Source: Idiomarina loihiensis L2TR (GTDB taxonomy: Bacteria > Pseudomonadota > Gammaproteobacteria > Enterobacterales > Alteromonadaceae). Taken from it: a stretch of 32,000 nucleotides of DNA. Location: positions 630,001 to 662,000 of the forward strand of contig NC_006512.1 in assembly GCF_000008465.1 (NCBI RefSeq), read 5' to 3'. Within the stretch, counting starts at the first letter, position 1; each line of letters opens with the position of its first letter. A program made the position numbers and the translations under genes. Positions 17,771-27,166 of the stretch are shown here, in pieces. The notes beneath the pieces were generated by a model, which was given only the letters and a program-made list of their open reading frames with translations, had not been told where the DNA came from and did no database searches.

Positions 17771-20700
17771 TGTCAGATCAACAACTGAATAATCATCCGG
17801 ATTCTAACGATTTACCTTCGGTATCAATTCGCCGCCCGGTACTGATTGTTGTCCTGAATGTTCTTATCGCCATTGCCGGTTTGGCCGCGTTAATGGGCGT
17901 AGAAGTACGGGAGTTACCGGATGTCGACCGGCCTGTTGTCGGCGTTAGCGCAACACTTCCAGGCGGTGCACCAGAAACGGTGGACGCAGAAGTAACCAGT
18001 ATTCTGGAAGGTGCGGCGGCTCGTGTTTCTGGCGTGGAATCTATCCAGTCTTCGAGTGAAGAAAATAGCGCGCGTATTTCAATTGAATTCCGTCCCGGAG
18101 TTGACTTAGATGTGGTGGCCGCGGAGGTTCGTGAGGCGGTTAATCAGGTGCGTCGGGAATTACCCGATGACGTCGAACAAATTAACGTGCAAAAAGCTGA
18201 CAGCGATGCGCGTTCGGTGTTGGATATTGCCGTTAGCAGCGACAGTTTGACTCAGGAAGAGCTGACTCGCCGACTGGAAACTGATTTGTCGCCTGAATTT
18301 CTGGCAATTAACGGAGTAGCGGATGTCCGGTTAAATGGTGACCGGGAACGAGTATTACGCGTTGACCTGGACCCTCTTAAATTGGTGAGCTTTGGCTTAT
18401 CTGTAACGGACGTAGCTGACGCGCTGCGTTTAGCGCCTTTTGATGTGCCTGCCGGTAGTTTGCGTTCAACCGATCAGCGGCTAATTGTCCGGGCCGATGC
18501 CACTGCGATTACCGAAGATCAGGTTGAGAATATTATAGTCAGTGGCGATACCCGTATTGGAGATGTTGCACAAGCTTATTTTGCGCCTGCAGACGCAAAC
18601 AGCTTTGTTCGCCTGGACGGCAAACCGGTTGTTGGTCTTGGTGTTATACGCCAGGCTGGTTCCAATACTATAGAGATTTCTGATCAGGCGTTAGCGGTAC
18701 TTGAACGCCTGCGTGAGCGTTTTCCTGATATGGAAATGCGTATTACCAATGACGATGCGCAGTTTATTCGCAAGTCAGTAGCTGAAGTGGTGACGACCCT
18801 TGCCATTACCATTGTTTTGGTTGTCGCAACCTTGTGGGTATTCATTGGTTCATTCCGTGCGACTATTATTCCGGCATTCTCTATTCCTGTTGCATTGTTC
18901 GGTGCTATTGCTGCTATTTGGTTGATGGGCTTTTCCATTAATATTCTGACCTTGCTGGCTCTGGTGTTGGCAACAGGCCTGATAGTTGATGATGCCATTG
19001 TGGTTACCGAGAATATTCAACGACGCCGTAGCATGGGGCTTGGTAGCCGTGCTGCTGCCGTATTAGCCACCCGCGAAGTGTTTTTTGCGGTAGTGGCAAC
19101 GACGGCCGTGTTGGTTGCAGTGTTTGTACCAATTGCGTTTTTACCTTCAACAGCCGGGCGTTTATTCCGCGAGTTTGGCGGTGTGCTTGCGGCTGCAGTG
19201 GTCATTTCTTCTTTTGTTGCTTTGTCTCTGGTACCGGCTTTTACTGCTCGTCTGCCGAAATCAGCCGGGCAGAATAACCGATTTGCGGGAATCGGCAACG
19301 CCTTTAAGCGGTTCTATAAACGAACGTTGCACAAAGCCCTCGATTTTAGCTGGGTTGTGGTGGTTTTGTCTTTGTTATCTGCTGGCGGCGGCGCGCTGCT
19401 TTACAATGAAATTGACAGCGAGCTTATGCCCAATGAAGACCGTGGGGCGGTCCGGGTATTTTCGCGCGGGCCTGACGGGGTTGGCCTTAAATTTATGGAT
19501 CGTCAGGCTCGTAAGCTTGAAGAAGTGCTGCTGGAGTATAAAGAAAGCGGTGACATAGAGTCGATTTATACTGTTGTTGGTCAGTGGGACCCGAACCTGG
19601 TTTTCATTACGGCAAACCTCAAACCCTGGGAAGAACGAGATATTAGCCAACAGGAAATTATTAATAATATTCGGGAACCGTTGAGTCAGGTTCCAGGCGC
19701 ACCGGGACAGGCCTTTGGTGACAACAGCCTGAACTTGCGAGGCCAGGGGGGCGGCCTGGAAATGGCTATTACCGGCGAAAATTATGACGAGATCTTTAAG
19801 GTTGCTCGTGAATTTACCGCCATTATTAAAGAACGTATGCCTGATTTGGGTAACATTAATGTCTCCTATCAACCGACGCAGCCGCAGTTGAGGGTCAAAA
19901 TTGACCGTCGTCGAGCCGCGGAGCTGGGGGTATCATTAAATGATATATCCGCAACTTTACGTGCTGCCATTAACGGCGATGACGTAGCCGACTTAAACGT
20001 GGGAGACCAGCAAATTCCGGTTATGCTGCGCACCCGTAATAATTTAATTCAGTCGCCGCAGGACATGCAGAACCTTTATGTATCGTCAAGCAGCGGTGAT
20101 CTGGTTCCTATTTCCAGTGTTTCCGAAATTATTGAAGAAGGCGTGTCAGCAGAGCTTGAGCGTCAAGCACAGCGGCGAGCGATAGAAGTAGATGTACAAT
20201 TGCCTGATGACATGCCTATGTCAGACGTTGTTGACCAGTTGCGTACTATAGCCGGAGAAGTTTTGCCTGATAGTATGGGGTTGGTCTTTTTAGGGGAAGC
20301 CGCAACATTTGAAGACACCTCGCAGGAAATTGCTATGACTTATATTCTGGCGTTCCTGATTGTTCTGCTGGTCCTCGCCGCTCAGTTTGAGTCATTAAAC
20401 AGTGCAGTGGTCGTTATGCTGACCGTGCCTTTTGGCATTGCCGCAGCTATTTACGCCTTATTCCTGACCGGCACTTCACTGAACATTTATTCTCAAATTG
20501 GATTGGTGATGCTGATAGGTCTGCTGGCGAAAAACTCTGTATTGCTGGTTGAATTTGCTGACCAGTTGCGGGACCGGGGATTAGAGGTTCGTGAGGCGAT
20601 AGAAGAGGCGTCATTGATACGTTTACGGCCTATTATGATGACACTGGTATCCACGGTTCTGGGTGGCTTACCGCTTATTCTGTCTTCTGGTGCGGGCGCT

Positions 20701-20877
20701 GAAGCACGTAATTCAATTGGTTGGGTTGTATTTGGTGGTCTAGGACTGGCAACTCTGTTTACGCTTTACCTGACCCCAGTACTCTATTTGTGGTTAGCGC
20801 GTTTCACCAAGCCGCGTGCCGATGAAGCCGCTCGTCTTGAAAGTGAAATGGAAGCGGCGAGAGAAAGCGGCCATTAA
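17770..20877 (+). CDS. RND efflux permease (AcrB/AcrD/AcrF family)
   Basis: 1035 aa with a 12-TM architecture and two large periplasmic loops, and typical ..GLIVDDAIVVTENI.. and ..AKNSVLLVEFA.. motifs. There is no outer-membrane factor gene in the window. Confidence 0.93.
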   Translation: MSDQQLNNHPDSNDLPSVSIRRPVLIVVLNVLIAIAGLAALMGVEVRELPDVDRPVVGVSATLPGGAPETVDAEVTSILEGAAARVSGVESIQSSSEENSARISIEFRPGVDLDVVAAEVREAVNQVRRELPDDVEQINVQKADSDARSVLDIAVSSDSLTQEELTRRLETDLSPEFLAINGVADVRLNGDRERVLRVDLDPLKLVSFGLSVTDVADALRLAPFDVPAGSLRSTDQRLIVRADATAITEDQVENIIVSGDTRIGDVAQAYFAPADANSFVRLDGKPVVGLGVIRQAGSNTIEISDQALAVLERLRERFPDMEMRITNDDAQFIRKSVAEVVTTLAITIVLVVATLWVFIGSFRATIIPAFSIPVALFGAIAAIWLMGFSINILTLLALVLATGLIVDDAIVVTENIQRRRSMGLGSRAAAVLATREVFFAVVATTAVLVAVFVPIAFLPSTAGRLFREFGGVLAAAVVISSFVALSLVPAFTARLPKSAGQNNRFAGIGNAFKRFYKRTLHKALDFSWVVVVLSLLSAGGGALLYNEIDSELMPNEDRGAVRVFSRGPDGVGLKFMDRQARKLEEVLLEYKESGDIESIYTVVGQWDPNLVFITANLKPWEERDISQQEIINNIREPLSQVPGAPGQAFGDNSLNLRGQGGGLEMAITGENYDEIFKVAREFTAIIKERMPDLGNINVSYQPTQPQLRVKIDRRRAAELGVSLNDISATLRAAINGDDVADLNVGDQQIPVMLRTRNNLIQSPQDMQNLYVSSSSGDLVPISSVSEIIEEGVSAELERQAQRRAIEVDVQLPDDMPMSDVVDQLRTIAGEVLPDSMGLVFLGEAATFEDTSQEIAMTYILAFLIVLLVLAAQFESLNSAVVVMLTVPFGIAAAIYALFLTGTSLNIYSQIGLVMLIGLLAKNSVLLVEFADQLRDRGLEVREAIEEASLIRLRPIMMTLVSTVLGGLPLILSSGAGAEARNSIGWVVFGGLGLATLFTLYLTPVLYLWLARFTKPRADEAARLESEMEAARESGH

Positions 20878-20887
20878 AATGGCCGCT
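20866..20887. terminator. Possible bidirectional hairpin between the convergent RND and TerB-like genes
   Basis: AGCGGCCAT-TAAA-ATGGCCGCT is a 9-bp perfect stem whose loop contains the RND stop codon. There is no clear U-tract on either side. Confidence 0.3.
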
Positions 20888-20910
20888 GACCGAGCTTTTA
20901 ATCGTCGACC

Positions 20911-21366
20911 TTAGGAATCCATGACTTTTAATTTGGTTCGAATATAGTCAGCGTGACTAATGTAGAGTAAGTCTGCCAGCTTGCGCAACATGCTTTCCTC
21001 ATAAGGGTCAAGCTCGCCATCAGCGTAGGCAACTACCCATAAACTTTCCAATAGCTCAACGCGCTTTTCGTAAGCGAGAGCTTTTAGCTGAGCGGTAAAC
21101 TCGTACAGCGAAGCGGCTTCTTTTACTGTTTTTACGGCTTTTCTAATAGCGTTTTCTGCTTGTTCATCCGTAATGTCATATTCGTGCTCAAGCTCATGTA
21201 AGAGGTGCTGGCGTTCCTCGTCCGACAACGTACCGTCGGCAAGACTTATTTCAGTCATTAATACCAGTGAAAGGAATGCATCGTCTGTCATACCTTCTGC
21301 CTTATTCAGGCTGGCCTGTTCAGCGGCAGTATTGTTTTGAAAAAAGTTTTGCAGAGCTTTAAGCAT
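20911..21366 (-). CDS. TerB-family (tellurite-resistance TerB / DjlA N-domain-like) protein
   Basis: 151 aa, acidic and helical. Repeated ..ADG.L...E...L... segments (LADGTLSDEERQHL, YADGELDPYEESML) are typical of the TerB fold. It starts 8 nt after the kinase stop, with AGGA upstream. Confidence 0.65.
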   Translation of the reverse strand: MLKALQNFFQNNTAAEQASLNKAEGMTDDAFLSLVLMTEISLADGTLSDEERQHLLHELEHEYDITDEQAENAIRKAVKTVKEAASLYEFTAQLKALAYEKRVELLESLWVVAYADGELDPYEESMLRKLADLLYISHADYIRTKLKVMDS

Positions 21367-21374
21367 ACAACATC

Positions 21375-22742
21375 CTATTTAGGTAAATTAGGTAAGAAAA
21401 AAGAAAATTCAGTGCCTTCGCCAGGCGTTGATTGGACAGATATCTGACCTTTGAGTTTCCGTGTTACTAAATTATAAACAATGGATAAGCCCAGTCCGGA
21501 CCCGCCAGTCTGGCGAGATGTGGTGAAAAAGGGTTCAAAAATATCTTTTATGGTTTCGCTGTCCATACCTTTGCCGTTGTCACGAAAAGAAAAACGTACA
21601 CCGCTATCTTCTTCTGTGGCTATAATTTCAATTTGATGATTTTCGTCGGGTTCGGCAAAGGCGTGGTCGTTGGTGTTACTGACCAGATTAGTCACAATTT
21701 GTGCTAGTGCGCCCTGGTAGGTTTTCAAGACAATATCTTCATTGCAGTGAATAGTAATGGTGACTTTTTTCTTTTTCACCATAGGGTTGAGGCTTAAGAC
21801 TAATGCGTGTAAATAGTCGTTGAGCTGGCATTTCACCAGCTCAAAACTGGACTGATCGACCGCCGTTTTCTTAAAGTTCTGAATCAGTGTTGCGGCGCGT
21901 TCAAGGTTGCTGCTTAGTAGCTGGTAAGCTTCAAACGTATTGTCGATAAAGGTCTGCAGATGTTTTCGTGAAATGGAACCATCAGTAAAACTCTGATTCA
22001 GTTTTTTCAGGCGATGTTCGCAATGAGTTACGGCGGTTACTGAAACGCCCAGCGGGGTATTCACTTCGTGAGCAACACCGGCAACTAACTTACCCAATGC
22101 GGCCATTTTTTCCGTTTCAATTAACCTCTCCTGAGCTTGTTTAAAGTTATCCAGTGCCTTGGTCAGAGATTGAGTACGTTCCTCTACCATGCTTTCCAAT
22201 TGCTCATTTTGTTGAATGAGCAGGGCCTCAAACCGTTCTCGTTCAGCGGCACTAACAGCACGACCGTAAATGTCCGCCAGCATACCGACAAAAGCAACTT
22301 CAGCCGGTGTCCAGATGCGGTTTTCCCTTCGACTTTCGCTGCACATAACGCCTATCATCTCGCCTTTATGGCGTAAGGGAACGTCAAGTAAGCCGTAAAC
22401 GCCGGTTTCCTCAAGATAGCCGTTAGTTAGCTCTATAGTTGCAGGATGACAGCGGGCATCGTTGGCAATAATGGTGCGTTCGGATTCTAACGCCTGAAAG
22501 TAAGAAGGTAACTGGTTTTTGTAAAGTACCGGGACTTCAGCGTTTGGCGATTTCTCGTCAATGAGTTTAGCCGCTCTCATGGCTTGTTTGTCCGATTGCA
22601 GTAACCAGATACTAACCCTGGTAATATCCAACCCCTTCAGAGCAGAGGCTAATATAAGCTCGGACGCTTTCTCTAAGTCGCCACCGTCAATATCTGGCGA
22701 TTTAGATACGTCGAGGAGGATGTTCTCTAAAGCATCGTTCAT
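21375..22742 (-). CDS. Cytoplasmic GAF-domain sensor histidine kinase (no cognate response regulator nearby)
   Basis: It has an N-terminal GAF-like region, an H-box VAGVAHEVNTPLGV, an N-box, and G-boxes DNGKGM / GGSGLGLSIV, with no TM segments. The track start at 22748 is TTG, and I prefer the ATG at 22742. Confidence 0.85.
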   Translation of the reverse strand: MNDALENILLDVSKSPDIDGGDLEKASELILASALKGLDITRVSIWLLQSDKQAMRAAKLIDEKSPNAEVPVLYKNQLPSYFQALESERTIIANDARCHPATIELTNGYLEETGVYGLLDVPLRHKGEMIGVMCSESRRENRIWTPAEVAFVGMLADIYGRAVSAAERERFEALLIQQNEQLESMVEERTQSLTKALDNFKQAQERLIETEKMAALGKLVAGVAHEVNTPLGVSVTAVTHCEHRLKKLNQSFTDGSISRKHLQTFIDNTFEAYQLLSSNLERAATLIQNFKKTAVDQSSFELVKCQLNDYLHALVLSLNPMVKKKKVTITIHCNEDIVLKTYQGALAQIVTNLVSNTNDHAFAEPDENHQIEIIATEEDSGVRFSFRDNGKGMDSETIKDIFEPFFTTSRQTGGSGLGLSIVYNLVTRKLKGQISVQSTPGEGTEFSFFLPNLPK

Positions 22743-22891
22743 ATTCAATCCGGTTGTCTGAATATTTTCTCACTATAACTTACTGACCTCTAAAGTCCAT
22801 TAATCGACCTTTCCTCACCATTTAACGTTAGCTACTGGACATTTGGATCTTAACTCCTTACAAAGGTAAGACATTTTTAAGAGGCTATACC

Positions 22892-25800
22892 ATGAAAAGA
22901 ACAACACTAACCCTAGCGGTTGCATCGCTTTTAAGCTTTGCGCCGGTGAGCATGGCACAGGAGCAAACCCAGGGCTGGGATGTGAGCGACCCCCAAGGGG
23001 AGTTTAAAACCATTGATATATCGGTCAACTCCGGCACCTGGATGAATGTGGATGTCAGCCCGGACGGTGAATACATTGTGTTTGATTTATTGGGGGACAT
23101 TTACCGTATGCCGTTTGGCGGCGGTGAAGCTGAAAAACTGATAGGCGGTATTGCGTGGCATATGCAGCCGGTTTATTCACCAAATGGCCGCTACATTGCT
23201 TTTACCTCTGATCAGGGCGGTGGCGATAACATTTGGGTAATGGATGCCGATGGCAACAACGTGCGCGCCGTTACCGAAGAAACTTTCCGATTACTGAACA
23301 GCCCGGCCTGGAGTCCGGACAGCGAGTTTTTGGTTGCTCGTAAACACTTCACTGCCAGCCGTTCATTAGGCGCGGGGGAAGTGTGGATGTACCACCGCAG
23401 CGGCGGCTCGGGTGTGCAACTGACCGAACGCCCCAATGATCAGAAGGATTTAGGCGAGCCGGCGTTTTCGCCGGACGGCAAATACATCTATTTTTCCCAG
23501 GATGACACGCCGGGCAAAACCTTTCACTACAGTAAAGATTCGCTGGAAGGTATTTACGACATAAAACGTTTTGAGCGTGAAACTGGTGAGATTGAAACGC
23601 TGATAAGCGGTGCCGGCGGGGCTATTCGCCCAACACCGTCACCCGACGGACGTTACCTGGCTTACATTAAGCGTGAAGACTTTGACAGCGTGCTGTACGT
23701 GCTGGATCTGAAAACCGGTGAACACAAGCGGGTTTACGGGAAAATGGAACGCGACATGCAGGAAACCTGGGCCATTCATGGGGTTTACCCCACTATGGAC
23801 TGGACACCAGATTCGAAGCAATTAGTGTTCTGGGCCGGTGGTCATATTCAGAAGCTGAACATTGATGACGGCAGCGCCCGTATTATTCCGTTTAAAGTTG
23901 AAACCGAGAAGAAAGTACAGCATGCGTTGGGCTTTAAACAAAACGTTGAAGCTGACCAGTTTGACGTGAAAATGTTGCGTATGGCGCAAGTATCTCCTCA
24001 GGGTGATGCGGTGATTTACGAAGCTTTGGGCAGCTTATATCAACGTTCGTTGCCAGATGGTGAGCCGCAGCGTTTAACCAATAGCGAAGATTTTGAACTC
24101 TATCCGCAGTATTCACGTGACGGCGAAAAAGTCGTATTCGTCCGCTGGAATGACGAAGCGCAGGCAAAGGTTATTGTTCGCGATATCAGTTCTGGTGATG
24201 AGCAAGTGCTGAATACTGGACAGGGCAACTTTGTTGAACCCACATTCTCTCCAAACGGCAAGCATGTGGTTTACCGCAAGGTGCGTGGAGGTTATTTAAT
24301 TTCCGATAAGTTTGGTCTGGAAAACGGTATTTATCGCGTAGCGGTGTCTGCCAATGCAGAACCGGAGCAAATTGCTGAAAGTGGGCATTTACCGCAATAT
24401 GGCGCACGTAACGACCGGGTTTATTTGATGACACCGGGAGATAAACCAACCTTAAGTGCTATTGATTTACGCACGCTGGAGCAGCGCGACTTGTATCAGT
24501 CGGAACTAGCAACTGAGTTCCGTGTGTCTCCGGACGGCAAGCAATTGGCTTTTGCTGAACGTTTTAAAGTATTTGTGACGCCTTTAGTCGAGCGTGGCAG
24601 TGTTATTAATGTTGGTCCGGGTGATAAACAAATGCCGGTGCATCAGTTGTCCGTTCGCGCTGGTGAAAACTTATCCTGGACGGCAAACAGTGACCAGCTT
24701 TACTGGACATTAGGGCCGGAGCTTTACCATACATCGGTGGCTGAAGCCTTTAATGCTGACACTGAAAGCGACACCCTGAAAGTAGAAAATGGCCAGAACA
24801 TTGGTTTTGAACATGACGCTATGATACCGGATACGACGGTTGCTTTTGTTGGTGGTCAGGTTATTACCATGAACGGCGACACAGTTTACAAGCAGGGTAC
24901 TGTGGTGGTGCGCAATAATAAAATTGTGGCGGTTGGCCCTGAAGCTGAAGTTAATGTGCCTTCCGGCGCTGAAGTTATTGATACCAGCGGCAAGACTGTT
25001 ATGCCGGGTTTATTTGACGCACATGCGCACGGTAGTCAGGGGCAGGCGGAAATTATCCCGCAGCAGAACTGGGGACAGTACGCGAACCTGGCATTTGGTG
25101 TGACCTCAATTCACGATCCGTCTAACGACACAACCGAATTCTTTGCGGCTTCAGAGCTGCAGAAAGCGGGAAGAATTGCCGCGCCAAGACTGTTTTCAAC
25201 CGGCACCATTTTATACGGTGCTAATGGCCCGGGTTACACCTCGCATGTGGATAGCCTGGAAGACGCGAAGTTTCATTTAGAGCGTCTGAAGAAAGTGGGC
25301 GCGTTTTCTGTCAAGAGTTACAACCAGCCACGCCGTAACCAGCGTCAGCAAGTGGTTGAAGCCGGGCGAGAGCTGGAAATGATGGTGGTGCCGGAAGGAG
25401 GCTCTTTGTTGCAGCACAACTTAACCATGATCATGGACGGGCACACCACGGTTGAGCACTCGCTACCAGTTGCCAATATCTATGATGATATTCGTCAGTT
25501 ATGGCAGCAAAGCGACGTAGCTTATACACCAACCCTGGGTGTGGCTTATGGTGGTATTTGGGGTGAGAACTATTGGTATGCGGAAACCGATGTGTGGAAG
25601 CATCCCAAGCTGACTCAGTATGTACCCATGGAATTTTTAGTGGGTAAGGCAATGCGTCGTGAAAAAGCACCTCATAACCACTACAACCACTTTAATAATG
25701 CCGAAGTGGCAACTGAGTTGCAGGACCTGGGGGTTGAAGTACTTGCCGGTGCCCATGGTCAGCGTGAAGGTTTAGCGCAGCACTGGGAAATCTGGATGAT

Positions 25801-26068
25801 GGCTCAGGGCGGCATGGAACCTTTGGAAGCCTTACGTACGGCGACCATTGATCCGGCGCGGGTTTTCGGTATGGACCACGCGTTAGGCTCACTGCAAGAA
25901 GGTAAACTGGCGGATATTATCGTTATTGATGGCAACCCGCTGGAGAACATCCGTGATACCGATAAAGTGACTCACACCATGGTTAATGGCGTACTCTATG
26001 ACGCGACCACCATGGATCGCTTGTTGCCGGAGCCACTCAAACGTAAGGACTTTTTCTGGGAAGAATAA
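22892..26068 (+). CDS. Secreted PD40/TolB-like beta-propeller and amidohydrolase-superfamily fusion protein
   Basis: 1058 aa with signal peptide MKRTTLTLAVASLLSFAPVSMAQE. It has repeated SPDG/SPNG propeller blades (VSPDGEYIVF, YSPNGRYIAF, FSPDGKYIYF, PSPDGRYLAY..). The C-terminal amidohydrolase region carries PGLFDAHAHG. Confidence 0.8.
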   Translation: MKRTTLTLAVASLLSFAPVSMAQEQTQGWDVSDPQGEFKTIDISVNSGTWMNVDVSPDGEYIVFDLLGDIYRMPFGGGEAEKLIGGIAWHMQPVYSPNGRYIAFTSDQGGGDNIWVMDADGNNVRAVTEETFRLLNSPAWSPDSEFLVARKHFTASRSLGAGEVWMYHRSGGSGVQLTERPNDQKDLGEPAFSPDGKYIYFSQDDTPGKTFHYSKDSLEGIYDIKRFERETGEIETLISGAGGAIRPTPSPDGRYLAYIKREDFDSVLYVLDLKTGEHKRVYGKMERDMQETWAIHGVYPTMDWTPDSKQLVFWAGGHIQKLNIDDGSARIIPFKVETEKKVQHALGFKQNVEADQFDVKMLRMAQVSPQGDAVIYEALGSLYQRSLPDGEPQRLTNSEDFELYPQYSRDGEKVVFVRWNDEAQAKVIVRDISSGDEQVLNTGQGNFVEPTFSPNGKHVVYRKVRGGYLISDKFGLENGIYRVAVSANAEPEQIAESGHLPQYGARNDRVYLMTPGDKPTLSAIDLRTLEQRDLYQSELATEFRVSPDGKQLAFAERFKVFVTPLVERGSVINVGPGDKQMPVHQLSVRAGENLSWTANSDQLYWTLGPELYHTSVAEAFNADTESDTLKVENGQNIGFEHDAMIPDTTVAFVGGQVITMNGDTVYKQGTVVVRNNKIVAVGPEAEVNVPSGAEVIDTSGKTVMPGLFDAHAHGSQGQAEIIPQQNWGQYANLAFGVTSIHDPSNDTTEFFAASELQKAGRIAAPRLFSTGTILYGANGPGYTSHVDSLEDAKFHLERLKKVGAFSVKSYNQPRRNQRQQVVEAGRELEMMVVPEGGSLLQHNLTMIMDGHTTVEHSLPVANIYDDIRQLWQQSDVAYTPTLGVAYGGIWGENYWYAETDVWKHPKLTQYVPMEFLVGKAMRREKAPHNHYNHFNNAEVATELQDLGVEVLAGAHGQREGLAQHWEIWMMAQGGMEPLEALRTATIDPARVFGMDHALGSLQEGKLADIIVIDGNPLENIRDTDKVTHTMVNGVLYDATTMDRLLPEPLKRKDFFWEE

Positions 26069-26084
26069 GCCCTTATTAAGGAAG

Positions 26085-27020
26085 CTAGGAAGCTGCCGCT
26101 GTTTCGGCGACGACTTGTCGGAACCAGCGGTGGCCTGCATCGTGCTGCAGTAGCGGTGACCAGATCATGGTCAGAGTTAAACCCGGTATCTCAAACGGCG
26201 GAGCTTTCATAACTAACTGACTGTCTTGTGAATACAGTTCCGCTGCTCGGGTTGGCAAGGTAGCAACCAGCCCCTGACGTGCCAGATACATAGCCACATG
26301 ATAATTACGGGTAAACACTTTAATTTTCCGGCGTTTGCCCAGTTTATCTAAAGCGTCATCTACCCAGCCGAGTTTTTGTACGTCGTGCGGGTCCATCCCT
26401 ACGCCCACTCCAAAACCGGTTTTACTCACCCACACATGCTGAGCTTTTAAGTAGTTGTCTAAGGTGTAGTCCTGCAACAACGGATGATCTTTGCGGATTA
26501 GGCAGGAAAACTCGTCGCTCCATAAATTCTTTTGATGAAACGACTGTGGTAACTGTTCAAAGCGGTTAATGGCTAAATCCACCTTGCCGTTCTCAACGTC
26601 GTGAAAGCTGATATCGCTGGGAGTCATAATATCCAGTGATACGTGAGGTGCCTGCTCATCGAGTTTTTCCAGCAGCTTTGGCATGAGTGTCGAGGCGGCA
26701 TAGTCGGACGCCATAATACGAAAGACCTGGTCACTGGTGGGCGCATCAAACTCACGCACCGGCTGAATCATCTCCTCAACCGAATATAATACGCCGCGCA
26801 GGGCTTCCTGCATGTCTAACGCGCGTTGAGTTGGTACCATACCTTCGCTGGTGCGAACTAAAATAGGGTCATTCAGCAGGTTGCGTAGACGCTTTAGACC
26901 GTTACTCATGGCCGGCTGGGTAATATTAAGCTGAGCTGCGGCACGGGTTACGTTCTTCTCCCGCAGCAGCACATCTAAGTAAACCAGCAGGTTCAGATCA
27001 ATGTCTTTGATGGTGTTCAT
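26085..27020 (-). CDS. LysR-family transcriptional regulator
   Basis: Starts at ATG 27020 (MNTIKDIDLNLLVYLDVLLREKNVTRAAAQLNITQPAMSNGLKRLR, a wHTH) with a C-terminal substrate-binding domain. The track start at 27104 is an unlikely extension. Confidence 0.9.
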   Translation of the reverse strand: MNTIKDIDLNLLVYLDVLLREKNVTRAAAQLNITQPAMSNGLKRLRNLLNDPILVRTSEGMVPTQRALDMQEALRGVLYSVEEMIQPVREFDAPTSDQVFRIMASDYAASTLMPKLLEKLDEQAPHVSLDIMTPSDISFHDVENGKVDLAINRFEQLPQSFHQKNLWSDEFSCLIRKDHPLLQDYTLDNYLKAQHVWVSKTGFGVGVGMDPHDVQKLGWVDDALDKLGKRRKIKVFTRNYHVAMYLARQGLVATLPTRAAELYSQDSQLVMKAPPFEIPGLTLTMIWSPLLQHDAGHRWFRQVVAETAAAS

Positions 27021-27166
27021 AACTATCCAGAATAAGTGGAATATAAAAAATCTATCGGGATTATAAATAGGGTGAATGTATAACGCCAGTCTTGTTTCTG
27101 TCATTATTGATGATTAACTTGATTCAAGTAGAGAGTCGTTGTGACCGGTTTAGCGGATGAAAGACC

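Noticed and set aside
19375-19872. Long antisense or out-of-frame ORFs inside confirmed genes, e.g. 19375..19872, 17245..17664, 15350..15841, 11534..11979, 4090..4452, 13622..14008, 18684..18998.
   Set aside because: They are shadow ORFs of strongly supported genes. They have low-complexity, Arg/Ser/Cys-rich translations and no recognisable motifs or start contexts.
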